A stretch of 64,000 bases of DNA from Octopus vulgaris (lineage: Eukaryota): positions 19,778,001-19,842,000 of the forward strand of contig OX597838.1 in NCBI GenBank assembly GCA_951406725.2, written 5' to 3'. Under the pieces are notes generated by a model. The model did not search any database. It was not told the DNA's origin and saw only the letters and a list, made by a program, of their open reading frames with translations. The position numbers were made by a program, and so were the translations under genes. Shown here in pieces: positions 1-12,384 of this stretch (positions are counted from its first letter, which is position 1; each line of letters begins with the position of its first letter).

Positions 1-200
1 TTGTCCCCCTAGCATTGCTTGACAACCGATGCTGGTGTGTTTATGTCCCCGTCACTTAGCGGTTCGGCAAAAAGAGACCGATAGAATAAGTACTGGGCTT
101 ACAAAGAATAAGTCCCGGGGTCGAGTTGCTCGATTAAAGGCGGTGCTCCAGCATGGCCACAGTCAAATGACTGAAACAAGTAAAAGAGAAAAGAGAAAGA
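1..200 (+). mobile_element. SINE family A, 3' half (cut by window edge)
   Basis: GCTTGACAACCGATGCTGGTGTGTTTA...GGCGGTGCTCCAGCATGGCCACAGTCAAATGACTGAAACAAGTAAAAGAG matches the 3' part of >20 other copies in the window. Confidence 0.85.
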
Positions 201-1364
201 GAAAAAAATACGCGCTCACACACGCACACACACGTACGCACACAGACATACACAGATGCATGCATGAATGTATGCATACATACACACGTATATAAAACTC
301 AGCTAACGTAGTTCTCAGGAAGATTCAGCGTGACACAGAATGTAACAAGGCTGGCCCTTTGAAATACAGATACTGATATGAGTAGCAGCAACAACACACG
401 ACATTTTTGTCTTTCCTGCGTTGGGCTGAAGCTCCAGTTCCTGACTGGACAATTGTTAACTGAACAATGTCTCTCGCAACAGACGGATTTCAAAGACATG
501 AAAAGCATTTGATTGTATGTGGATGTTTAATGTGCACGGCGTACGATTAGGAAGAGACATCATTTATTGCATCGCCGAGCCTCTCACAACTTTGCACTTT
601 GGCACATAAAACTAACAGAAAACATATTTAAAAACCAGCTGCACCAACACGACAACGCGTTCTGCCCACCATCAGGAAAACAGTACATCACTATCCAAAA
701 ACATTTGGGAATCAAAGGGTACGAAAAAGAATACGGCTGTCATATGAGTAAGTATAGACCTGTGGTTTTCAACCAGTTTTTACCTATGGGGCCCTTTGAT
801 CCCTATTTTACTCTACTGTACCTCCATAACCATTCGAAGTTTTAAAATTTTCTATTGACAATATGACAGATTCAAAAAATTGTTCCAGTCTGTAATTGTG
901 TGTGTGTGTAGACAGTGGGTAGATCCATCAATAGACCCATGACACAAAGTAGCGCTACGAACGATTGCTAAATCAATTCGTTATCACAACCAAGATAGAG
1001 AGGTCGCATCCAGTTGTTACTTCAAACATCGATTTACCGGCGAAGCCAGAAGTTTCCATTGTCCATTGCTACCGATTCAAAGGTTTGTGTGTCCGGTGGT
1101 GACACATACTTGCGCCACTTGCAATCCTCGACCCTCGTCGCAACATACAATGCTGTATCGCGACCTCCGAGATGTGGTTGTCAGCAAAAGTATAGATGAC
1201 ATTGGTGTACGAGACTAGCAAGAACAAATGACCCGGGGCGTAAGGACAAACCAAGTAAACCTACCTAGATGTTTGTCATGGCCGCGGTTCAGTCCGGTTG
1301 GTTTCTTTTGTTCATATTGTTTATTTCAACATGTCAGTAGTCTCCCTTGGTACAGAAACGGCAT

Positions 1365-1780
1365 GGCAGCGAACTGGCAGAAACGTTAGCACGCCGGGCG
1401 AAATGCCAAGCGGTATTTTGTCTGCCGTTACGTTCTGAGTTCAAATTCCGCCGAGGTCGACTTTGCCTTTCATCCTTTCGGGGTCGATAAATTAAGCACC
1501 AGTTACGCACTGGGGTCGATGTAATCGACTTAATCCGTTTGTCTGTCCTTGTTTGTCCCCTCTGTGTTTAGCCCCTTGTGGGTTGTAAAGAAATAGGTAT
1601 TTTGTCTGCCGTAACATTCTGAGTTCAAATTCCGCCGAGGTCAACTTTGCCTTTCATCCTTTCGTGGTCGATTAAATAAGTATCAGTTACGCACTGGGGT
1701 CGATGTAATCGACTTAACCCGTTTGTCTGTCCTTGTTTGCACCCTCTATGTTTAGCCCCTTGTGGGTAATAAAGAAATAA
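1365..1780 (+). mobile_element. SINE family B, internally dimeric copy with direct flanking repeat
   Basis: Head GGCAGCGAACTGGCAGAAACGTTAGC, B-box-like GAGTTCAAATTCC, and core GCCTTTCATCCTTTCGGGGTCGATAAATTAAG present twice. AGAAACGGCATGGCAGC occurs at 1354-1370 and 1780-1796 (TSD-like). The core resembles a conserved metazoan SINE central domain (Meta-type, from memory). Confidence 0.8.
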
Positions 1781-2404
1781 GAAACGGCATGGCAGCACGT
1801 GCTACCCTTTTGGATCGCTCTCTTGATCATATCTGCAACTTTGCGTGAGTACCGTTGTTTGGCTTAGTATCAACTAAGGATACTCAGAGATAATTGAGTC
1901 ATACTCTGCATCACTTACTCACGTGCAACAACCAATCGCGGAAGATTGTACACGTGCATGATCTCAACAACTCATCCCAATTTTCAGCGTGTTGTTTCTT
2001 TTCTGGCATCGATAAAGTTTCGACATTAACACTTGTACGTTTGCATACGGTAGCAAAATATGACATACGAGCGAGGAGAATCCTGGTGTAGAGGATATGA
2101 TCCTCTCAACCAACACAACTGTGGCGTGTAGTGAGGAGATATATACCGGCAGCTCTGGATCTTACGATTTCCTGATCTCCAGGCCTCCCAAGTGACCCAC
2201 TTTTGGCAAGTTGAACAGGAGATGCGGGATGAATCGAACGCTCAAAGAAAGTGTCTCAAGCTTCGCCATTAGATCACCCTCCCCTCCTCCAAAAAAATGA
2301 CGATCATTATAGACAACAGGACATTGACTACAGAAGTCAGAATCTGCTCAGGAGAGTGTAACTCGTTTTTAATGGCCTGTAACTAACTGGTATTGTTGAA
2401 ATTA

Positions 2405-2801
2405 ATCTCTCTCTATATAAAGGTGAAGTTGTCTGTATATGGTAGGTTTGGTAGCCTTCAACTAACACTATCTCCTCCGAGACCCAGCGGCGCAAGTAGA
2501 CCAAAATTGAGAGTATGATAGAAGGCTTGCTCTTCCTTCCGTAGAAGAAAAAATTCAAATCGAACCATGTTAACACCAAAAATTATTTACATCAAAAACG
2601 TGCTTTTTTTTCTATGAAAATCCCTATTTTTTACGATTTTTTGACTGCTGTGTCGCCATTTTTCGGTGTATTTCAACCAGAAAAATGTTCACTTAAAGAG
2701 AATAAGAAGCTACATAATGCAAAATGTTTACTTTTCAAAAATGCCAATTCTAAAGGGTCGAAAAGAAAACAAGCCCGAGCAACGCTGGGCGATACTGCGA
2801 G
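2405..2801 (+). mobile_element. Non-autonomous Helitron-like element
   Basis: 5' TC..TATATAAA start; 3' hairpin GCCCGAGCAACGCTGGGC followed by a degenerate CTAG-type end (CTGCGAG/T). Confidence 0.6.
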
Positions 2802-3145
2802 TATTTGATAAATCTTCTGCTTTATTAGTCGGTCGATGGCAGCGAGGTAGTCGGCTTCCTAATACGCTATAGTAATGTAAAGGAGATACATCAGATGCAG
2901 GCGGTCGTATTCTATAACATCGCCGGATTGTTTCAAATGTTTCTTGATCTTCATCAGGGAAACACAGCAAATGTATACATTAGCGACAGAGGCAATATTA
3001 ATACCGACAGGCAATATTTAATCCCACTTATACGTGGATGTTCTATTAGAACTAACTATACTGCAGTAGCTTACTTTGAGAAAAACTCTCGTATTGGCTT
3101 CTGGTGCAAACTACACTATTGTTTAATCGCTAGCGGGGAGATAAA

Positions 3146-3484
3146 GGATCATTTCGGTTTGACCGGCAGTTTTTAACAAAATTTCTAGGTAACTAAAAAT
3201 TTTAAACTTCGTATACTGGTAGAATGTGTTTATAAAACATCTTTTTCTCTTGGCTTTATTGAGAAAATTCTATAGTTTGTAAGATATTTGTTGTTTTTTT
3301 CTTCAATTTCTGCAATTTCAACCAATCACTGACGTCTCTCTCCCCCCCCTCTCTCTCTCTCTCTCGACATTTCTACTCACTCACTTTTTCTCTATCTTTC
3401 TTTCTCTTCCTCTTTCCTTCTCCTGTCTTTTTTCCCACGATTTCTTTCAGAATTAAGTTCATCATCTGCCTCTCCATCTCCCTT

Positions 3485-3555
<71 letters not shown>

Positions 3556-3742
3556 CGTATGAATATGTCCCTCGTTTAAGAAACAGATTGGGTTTATTTA
3601 CATTTGTGAAGAAAAAAAGATACCCCCACCCCTAACCCTAAAACAGATTGAAATGCAATAGATCGATACTAGGGTCATAATTATGGGTGACAATTTCATA
3701 TGACACTGCTAGAAAAAACTGCCGTTCAAACCGAAAAGATCC
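3146..3742. mobile_element. MITE with ~29-bp TIRs and 8-bp TSD (Merlin/MULE-type)
   Basis: Left GGATCATTTCGGTTTGACCGGCAGTTTTT versus reverse complement of right end GGATCTTTTCGGTTTGAACGGCAGTTTTT. GAGATAAA flanks both ends (3138-3145, 3743-3750). A related fragment lies at ~43395-43475. Confidence 0.85.
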
Positions 3743-4263
3743 GAGATAAATTCCCAGTCATCATAAGAGATTCTTCTCACAACTTCCTTTCACCTCCAAC
3801 TCAGCGAACTTAACGTCTGCTCAGAGATGCAGATGGTCTTTCTTAAAGTCAACTATTCTAATCGGAACACTTTTTGTGGGTTTCTCCTCGCTAAGGTCGG
3901 CGATAGACGCACCCGTCATGACATAATTATTGACTTCTAGGGGAGCCAGGTATTGTGAAATCACTGACGACGTTGGTATCTAGATCCATGTAAACTTTGC
4001 TTGGACTGACTAATTAGCAACAGCGTTCCAGTTTCGACCGTCCTGTCTTTTTTGTTCCTTCAGCTTTAAGGACGACATTATCCAATGTACATTTACCCTT
4101 TCAAAACAATATGAGGACGGGAGGAAAATATAACTTGCTGTGTCTAACAGGTCATGTGACCACGTAGATCGAGGAACTTTCAGTGGAATCGTTCTTGTTC
4201 TTGTTGTTGCTGCTGCTGTAGTTATTGTTGTTGTTGTTGTTGCTGTTGTTGTTGTTTGGCCAT

Positions 4264-4950
4264 ACTCTCTTTACTCTTTTACTGGTTTCAGTCATTTGAC
4301 TGCAGCCATGCTGGAGCACCGCCATTAGTCGAGCAAATCGACCCCAGGACTTATTCTTTGTAAGCCTAGTACTTATTCTATCGGTCTCTTTTGCCGAACC
4401 GCTAAGTTACAGGAACGTAAACACACCAGCATCGGTTGTCAAGCAATGTTTGGGGGGACAAACATATACATACATACATATATACATGTATACGACGGGC
4501 TTCTTTCAGTTTCCGTCTACCAAATCCACTCACAAGGCTTTGGTCAGCCCGAAGCTATAGTAAAAGACACTTGCCGAAGGTGCCACGCAGTGAGACTGAG
4601 CCCGGAACCTTGTGGTTGGTAAGCAAGCTACTTACCACACAGTCACTCCTACGCCAGAGGTCAAATTTCATTGAGCATTTCAGCCGTGAATGTCCCGTCT
4701 TCTTACTATGTAGACAGAACCTGGGGCCACATATCGGTTGTCAAGCAATGTTGGGGGACAAACATATACACACATATATATACATATATACGACAGGCTT
4801 CTTTCAGTTTCCGTCTACCAAATCCACTCACAAGGCTTTGGTCAGCCCGAGGCTATAGCAGAAGACACTTGCCCAAGGTGCCACGCAGTGGGACTGAGCC
4901 CGGAACCTTGTGGTTGGTAAGCAAGCTACTTATCACACAGCCACTCCTAT
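4264..4950 (-). mobile_element. SINE family A, full copy plus tandemly duplicated 5' part
   Basis: Full copy ~4264-4652 and partial copy ~4733-4950. Both are followed by the same flank CAGAGGTCAAATTT(C/G)ATTGAGCATTTCAGCCGTGAATGT, indicating a ~300-bp local duplication. Confidence 0.85.
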
Positions 4951-5186
4951 GCCAGAGGTCAAATTTGATTGAGCATTTCAGCCGTGAATGTTCCGTGAAT
5001 CATCCAAGGCGTTCTGTTTCTATGTGGTGATGAGAATCTGTGATTTGAGGGATATTTGACTGCTATTTCTAACATGTGGAGCCACCACACGTTAGAAATT
5101 CGTTAATGCGTCGGTGGATGGAATCGTGTTATACAGTGGTGTGTGGAATGTTGTTGATGTTACAGTTGGTGTTCTATTACTACTTT

Positions 5187-5239
<53 letters not shown>

Positions 5240-5349
5240 ACATTTCTACTCACTCTCTTTTTCTCTGTCTTTCTTTCTCTTCCTCTTTCTTTCTCCCGTC
5301 TTTTTTCCCAAGATTTCTTTCAGAATTAAGTTCATCATCTGCCTCTCCA

Positions 5350-5411
<62 letters not shown>

Positions 5412-5558
5412 ATCACTCACTCTCATTTAATTGTATATATTTTAATTGTTTGTTTATTCATACGTTTCGTCTCATTCGATACCCTGACCCCCAACCTTTG
5501 TTTTGTCTGTCCCCGTATTGTCCCCTCTTTTTCTCAACCTTATGGTGAATAAAGAAAT

Positions 5559-5623
<65 letters not shown>

Positions 5624-5819
5624 CACACACTTTCCGACCTTCTCTCCACCTCACGACTCTCCTACAATGGGTGTCTCTGGAATTGAACATATTCCATTTG
5701 CGAAGAATGTTGCATCCATCGAGAGCCAAATGCACTTTAGACGGTGCAGGAATGGTAATTGATGGACTTTGTGTGTGTCAAAAAGCAACAATTGTGAGGA
5801 GCAGGCAGAGTACATATAC

Positions 5820-5851
<32 letters not shown>

Positions 5852-5858
5852 CTTATAG

Positions 5859-5889
<31 letters not shown>

Positions 5890-5939
5890 CTTATAGTAAT
5901 AGCCCTTGATATAATAATATATATATAATCAGTAGAAGA

Positions 5940-7020
5940 GTAGAGGGGGGAGGTATAGTAATAGCAACATGTAGTGAAAGAGTAATGGGCGGCAAAATGG
6001 AGCAAGAGGAGGAGGAGGAGGAGGGGAGTAGGGCCGGGTAGTAGTGTACGCTGATGTGAGGGGTAGTAGAAGGCGAACTGAAGAAAGAGGGGAGAGAGAG
6101 AGAGAGAGGGCGATGACAGGGTAAGGAGGAAACCGGGGAAGGAGGCAGGATGGAGAGTGGGGAAAAGACAGACGATAGAATGGAAATAGTTGACGATGAT
6201 GACGATGACGAGGAGGAGGGGGAGGAGGAAGGGGAGAAGGAGGAGTGGTGGAGGTTAGAGTAAAAAGACAACGAGAGAGAGAGAGAGAGAGAGGAAGTGA
6301 GAGAAAGGAAGTAAGAGAGTACAGAGGTGAGAGAAAAAGAAAAAATGAAGGAGTGTAAAGAACATTAAAGAAGAGACCAGAGCGAAAAAAGAAAGAAAGA
6401 AAGAAAGAAAGAACGAAAGAAAGAAAGTAAGAAAGAGGGGACGTGTGTGTATGCGAGTGCGCGCGCGCGTGTGTGTCTGTGTGCGTGTGTGCGCGCGCGT
6501 TCAGATGAAGAGGAGAAGGAGCAGGTGAAATTGATGATGATGGTGTAAAAGCAATGAACGATTGAGAGAGATGGGGAAGGCGGAGGGGGGGTTGCCGGCA
6601 GACAAAACAAACGAGAGGAGGTGCGGGGGGGAGTAAGAGGCATCAAGGCGAAGTAGAAGGACGGGTATGCACTACAATGAGAAGGAGGGTGGCGGCCGAG
6701 TAAGAGGACGGCGGCGGGGAGGATGGCGTATGAAGATTGTCGAAGGAGGAGGAAGTGGAGGAGGAGGAGGAGGAGGAGGAGGAGGAGGAGGAGGAAGAGG
6801 AGGAGGAGGAGGAGGGAGAGGGTGCGTAAGGGGGAATAGGAAGAGTGTAGGTATATGAAAAGGGAAGAGGGGGGAGAAAGTGTGTGCGAGGTAAAGACTA
6901 TGGAAGGAAGAGAAAGTTGGAAACACGGAAGTATAAAAGTGCATGGTGGGCGAGGGAAGTAATGAGAGGTGTGGGAAGAGGTAGCTGTATCGAGAAGGAC
7001 AGGAGGGGGGGGGGAGAAAT
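5940..7020. repeat. Purine-rich low-complexity tract with (GGA)n, (GA)n, (GAAA)n
   Basis: Direct inspection; ORFs here are poly-Ser/Pro/Leu artefacts. Confidence 0.85.
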
Positions 7021-7229
7021 ATGAGGAAAACCTATACAATAATACGAACGCCTCCTTTAGTCACATGGAGGCTTTTTACGCTTCCAGGGGGTTTATCCCA
7101 GTTTTATAGGCTTAAGAACGATAAATAGATGTTCCATCCACCCCACCACCACCACCACCACCACCACCACCGGAGAAGAATCCATTTCTTTTGACAGCCT
7201 GCTGAACTGGAGCAATATCATATATCTTT

Positions 7230-7756
<527 letters not shown>

Positions 7757-8414
7757 ATAAATAGGGAGGGGACCAAAATTAGTAAACGGGGCAAAATGAG
7801 TAATTTCCGATTTCTCGTTATTTTCTCCCTACCTATTTGAAATTATTACATCGCAAGCTTTGCATCACCATTGTGCATTGCTACAATATATTTAGGAGTA
7901 AAAATTGGTCAACATAGTTGTTGTTGCTGTTGTTGTCGTTGTTGTTACTGCTAAAGTTAAGAGAGTCCGAAACAATCAGGTGATAGGCTTTTTATTCTTT
8001 TTTTTTCTTTTTCATTTTCAAGAAATTTTTCCCCTGAAATTTGATCCGATTGTAATTGAGGTCGCTAATAAAATATCTAGATAATTTTTTTTTTGGTGGT
8101 CAACTATCAATATTCTCTTCTCTGTTGGATTCCAAGTCAATTTTTTTCCCCACACACTGATGCCTAATTTGATAATTTTTCAAATTTCAAAAGCGATATC
8201 TAAAATGGGGCAAAATGAGTAATAACTAATTCCAACAATTTCTCCTCTTTACTTGCACGGTGCATGAATATATCGCTTGGAGGACCATTCAAGCGAACCG
8301 CGAAGAAGCTATATAGAACATTTTATGCTGATTTTTTTCTTTTTAGTTGAGTTTCAATAATTTCCCATCATGTGCCATTTTTCCACGATCCTCTTTCATT
8401 TGACCTAGATATGT

Positions 8415-8822
8415 TTTATTCTTTACTTGTTTCAGTCATTTGACTGCGGCCATGCTGAAGCACCGCCTTTAATCGAGCAACCCGACCCCGGAACTTATTC
8501 TTTTGTAAGCCCAGTACTTATTCTATCGGTCTCTTTTGCCGAACCGCTAAGTGACGGGGACATAAACACATCAGCATCGGTTGTCAAGCAATGCTATGAG
8601 GACAAACACAGACACACAAACACACACACGCATACATATATATATATATACATATATACGACGGGCTTCTTTCAGTTTCCGTCTACCAAATCCACTCACA
8701 AGGCTTTGGTCGGCCCGAGGCTATAGTAGAAGACACTTGCCCAAGGTGCCACGCAGTGGGACTGAACCCGGAACCATGTGGTGGGTAGACAGGTTACTTA
8801 CCACACAGCCACTCCTGCGCCT
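8415..8822 (-). mobile_element. SINE family A, full length
   Basis: On the minus strand: tRNA-like head GCAGGAGTGGCTGTGTGGTAAG...GGTTCAGTCCC, CORE-like GGCACCTTGGGCAAGTGTCTTC, internal TA/TG microsatellite, CR1-like tail. Confidence 0.9.
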
Positions 8823-9111
8823 ATCTAGATTTTATAGATTTATTTATGCATTTATCTATTTCCATTTCTGATCTTTCGTCAGTTTTCAAATATAATTCGG
8901 GAGAATTGAAGCGGCAAATTTACCTTATCTTGCCTTTCTCAGCATGCCAGTGTACATGGGTATATAATCTTATGTACCCGTATAATCTATATGTATTTGT
9001 ATAGTGATGTGTTCGTGTACACGTATAAGTAAGTGTAGGAATATATGCGGTTTCACGATTCAGTTTAAGTTCCAATCCAACTTAGGGAATGTTCCAGGTA
9101 CGGTGTTTACT

Positions 9112-9430
<319 letters not shown>

Positions 9431-9522
9431 AACACAAATGGACTGAGGTTCTCTACAGCTGTTTCAGAATTGTAAGATCCGAGGATCTAGGTATATGAAG
9501 TCAGTAAGCTTAGAGCAGTCCG

Positions 9523-9755
9523 TGGTGAGCTGGCAGAAACGTTAGCACGCCGGGCGAAATGCTATGCGGTATTTCGTCTGCCGTTACGTTGTGAGTTCAA
9601 ATTCCACCGAGGTCGACTTTGCCTTTCATCCTTTCGGAGTCGATAAATTAAAGTATCAGTTACGCACTGGGGTCGATGTAATCGACTTAATCCGTTTGTC
9701 TGTCCTTGTTTGCCCCCTCTATGTTTAGCCCCTTGTGGGTAGTAAAGAAATAGGT
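9523..9755 (+). mobile_element. SINE family B monomer
   Basis: Same head and core as the 1365 copy. Confidence 0.85.
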
Positions 9756-9861
9756 AGATATAAAAAAAAACCAACTTTCAGGAAGAATAATAGCTTATTG
9801 ATGTAGAAGGTTGTAATTTTTTCTCATTTTTCCCATAATTTTTTCCATATTTTTTCCCCAT

Positions 9862-9926
9862 TTCAGCGGTGGTGCCCCAGCATGGCCGCGGCCTTCGGGC
9901 TAAAACATTTTTAAGGATTTAAGGAT
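9862..9926 (+). mobile_element. Extremely 5'-truncated CR1-like LINE 3' end
   Basis: TTCAGCGGTGGTGCCCCAGCATGGCCGCGGCCTTCGGGCTAAAACATTTTTAAGGATTTAAGGAT is near-identical to 17163-17234. Confidence 0.8.
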
Positions 9927-10614
9927 ATCGAAGTTCGATAAGCTGAAAAAAGTTTTTTTTTATAGTTTACAGTTAGCAACGAGAGAAGATTTTGTTATCT
10001 TCTTCCATAAGGGAGGGGCAATACAGAACTTCTAAAGGAAGCTAGAGGGCCAGAGGGAGGAGCCCATGCCCTTGACAGAAGACCCGGGACCCGGATTGGC
10101 CTCCGCATGTGACTACGGAGGTCATATCGGAAGTCGATATGTTCAGGGTGATGGACTCCTTCCCGAAGGACCAGTTTAGTTTCGCCTTCTGGGGCCCCGA
10201 CCTGACGCTGGAGCATTGCCTACGGGAGGCATACAGCCTGGTCAGGGAGGAAGGATAAAGAGGCTTTAGTGCCTATATATTTGTGATTGTGTGTAAGAGG
10301 CTCAGCGCCTCAATTTGTAATGGACTATTAAAGTCCACTAATTATAAGAACTAAAGTAAGAGGTTTGATACCTCGTTTTTGAGGGGGTTTTTTCTTGTGT
10401 TAAAAAAAAAAGAATAATGTTTTAGAGAAGCAAAAAATCGGCGGGAGTTTTTTGTCTTCTCCCAGCAATATCATCCTTTTTTTATCATTCATCTCATCAA
10501 TGTTTTTGGCCAGCCCGCAAGCTACTCCTTGTGTTATGCCTCTATGGCAAAATTTCGGAATTGAAATAAACTAGGGTTGCTATGAATGCGAATAAAAAAC
10601 CAAACTGAGAAAAT

Positions 10615-10874
10615 GGGGCAGGTAAAATCTAGGCTACATATGTTTCCCATCTAGCTGATTTACGGACGTAATAATTACTCAACGAGGGGTACTCCACTCG
10701 CCTGAGATATCTCCGGTGGGTTAACCTGGGATTCCTTAACAACAATGTAACCTTCATTTAACTAAGGTATTCTTCGATTTGATGAGCAGCTAGTGAAGTA
10801 TCCCTCGTTGTGTAATTATACTTCCGAGGATCTACTAGATTGGAAACATATGTAGCCTGGATTTTACCTGCTCC
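10615..10874. repeat. Foldback (long imperfect inverted repeat), MITE-like
   Basis: GCAGGTAAAATCTAGGCTACATATGTTTCCCATCTAG pairs with CTAGATTGGAAACATATGTAGCCTGGATTTTACCTGC. Inner arms CAACGAGGGGTACTCCACT and AGTGAAGTATCCCTCGTTG also pair. Confidence 0.8.
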
Positions 10875-11077
10875 GCTCCCTGAATTTGGATGGGGCTGGC
10901 CAGATTGGAGCAGCCTCGAGTATAATCAACCGAAACTGCAACGATAATCTGGATCTCGACTGACGAAAGAAAACTCCGAATGACCCGTCCTTGTTTTTTC
11001 TTGTCCCTTTTTGTATCATCCAACTGTCTGGATGTCTTGTTGTCGCCTGTTGCGTTCTTGTCCCATTTTTTGTATTC

Positions 11078-11124
<47 letters not shown>

Positions 11125-11208
11125 ATAAAGTATCATTATATCGTTATTATTAATAATAATGATAATAATAAAGTGGCTAGCAAATTTATGCCTTTATGGG
11201 TAAAATAT

Positions 11209-11519
11209 ACAAACAAAATTCAGTAGGGTGTTAGAATATCACTCGCCATAAACAGAGCTGTCGCTCTAAAACCACAAGTTACTTACTATCAAAATACACA
11301 CGGCGAAAGCAACGAATATAACAGAAATAGGCTTACCTTGTATGAACTACAGAAGTAAGGAATACAGATATTCCGGGATCAATTGATTTCGCTTTTCGTA
11401 TGAAAAACATACTTAAAGCTCATCAACCAGACTTACTGCAAATGCACGTAATTTGTGGTTTTAGAGCGATAGTTCTGATTAGCGAGTGGTATTCTAATAT
11501 CCTACAGAATTTTGTTTGT
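11209..11519. repeat. Element with ~70-bp imperfect terminal inverted repeats
   Basis: ACAAACAAAATTCAGTAGGGTGTTAGAATATCACTCGC...CGCTCTAAAACCACAA versus the reverse complement of ~11452-11519. Confidence 0.75.
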
Positions 11520-11619
11520 GTGTGTGTATATATATATATATATTTGAAAAGTTAAGATTTACAAATTGTTTAGATCAACACATGGTCTAACGCTCTGTGC
11601 ATCTCTAATTAACAAAGGC

Positions 11620-11699
11620 GTCTCGCTGATGAAACCGGCCTTAGCAAACATATTCTGTCTGTTTTGCTAGAAAGAGGTAGAAACTGATCAGTCCGGGAT
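11620..11699 (+). ncRNA. Type I hammerhead ribozyme-like motif (Penelope/retrozyme type)
   Basis: Stem I GTCTCG/CGGGAT; core CTGATGA (11626-11632); extended stem II (ACC/GGT plus TAGCAAA/TTTGCTA); GAAA (11680-11683); palindromic stem III CTGATCAG; GUC cleavage triplet. The 10.1-11.1 pair is non-canonical. Confidence 0.55.
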
Positions 11700-11888
11700 A
11701 TATCGTTAATGGTAAATGTTTTTGATTTTCACTCTCGATGAATTTATCCCTTTTTTGTGTCCCTAGCACTTGGCATCCTTATTTCGGAGCCCTTAATTAT
11801 ATTTCTATATGAATAATATTTTGTCTAATGACTAATTCGTCTTTTGTGCTGGGCCACTGGTAGTAATCTATGTTATTACCCTTTTTTG

Positions 11889-11925
<37 letters not shown>

Positions 11926-12384
11926 AGAATTCACAAAATAATAAAAGACGAAGACAGATGGCGTAGACAACAAACTGATGTATTAGTTTAACGCTCGGGA
12001 AGTGAAAAAGTGTATACCCGAAGCAAAGTGCTGTTTTCAGCAATTTGCAAATGAAACCAAGACCCATTGATAAAATGATAGACAAAACAAAAGTATAAAG
12101 AAAATACAAAATACAAAAACAAGGAAACAGACACATAAAAACTCCTATGTCTAGTTAACTATAAATTACAATTCTGTCTTCACGGCCAGATTATTTGGGA
12201 GAAAAAGAGAAGCAAAATGATGAAATTAACCGTCTGGAGATAATTAATTTGATAAACTTATTAAGTCTGACCATTTCCGTGCTTGTCAACTTTACATGCA
12301 AAAGGTCAAAAGTACCCCTGCCACTGTCATGCCACCATAGCGCTGACCGCTAAATGCCGCTAAAGATGTTGCCCTGCATGCTAA

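Noticed and set aside
400-2330. Possible very old LTR (Gypsy-like) gag/pol remnants on the minus strand
   Set aside because: Only faint resemblance and many stops; cannot be supported without a profile search.
2910-2965. Minus-strand CTGATGA...GAAAC hammerhead-like motif
   Set aside because: Stem I does not pair convincingly; at best a decayed copy.
4436-5030. Recurrent ORFs such as [31 protein letters not shown]
   Set aside because: Antisense translation of SINE family A; occurs in every copy.
5667-5760. Short ATG-initiated segment MGVSGIEHIPFAK... ending at G|GTAATT
   Set aside because: No recognisable homology and no downstream exon found.
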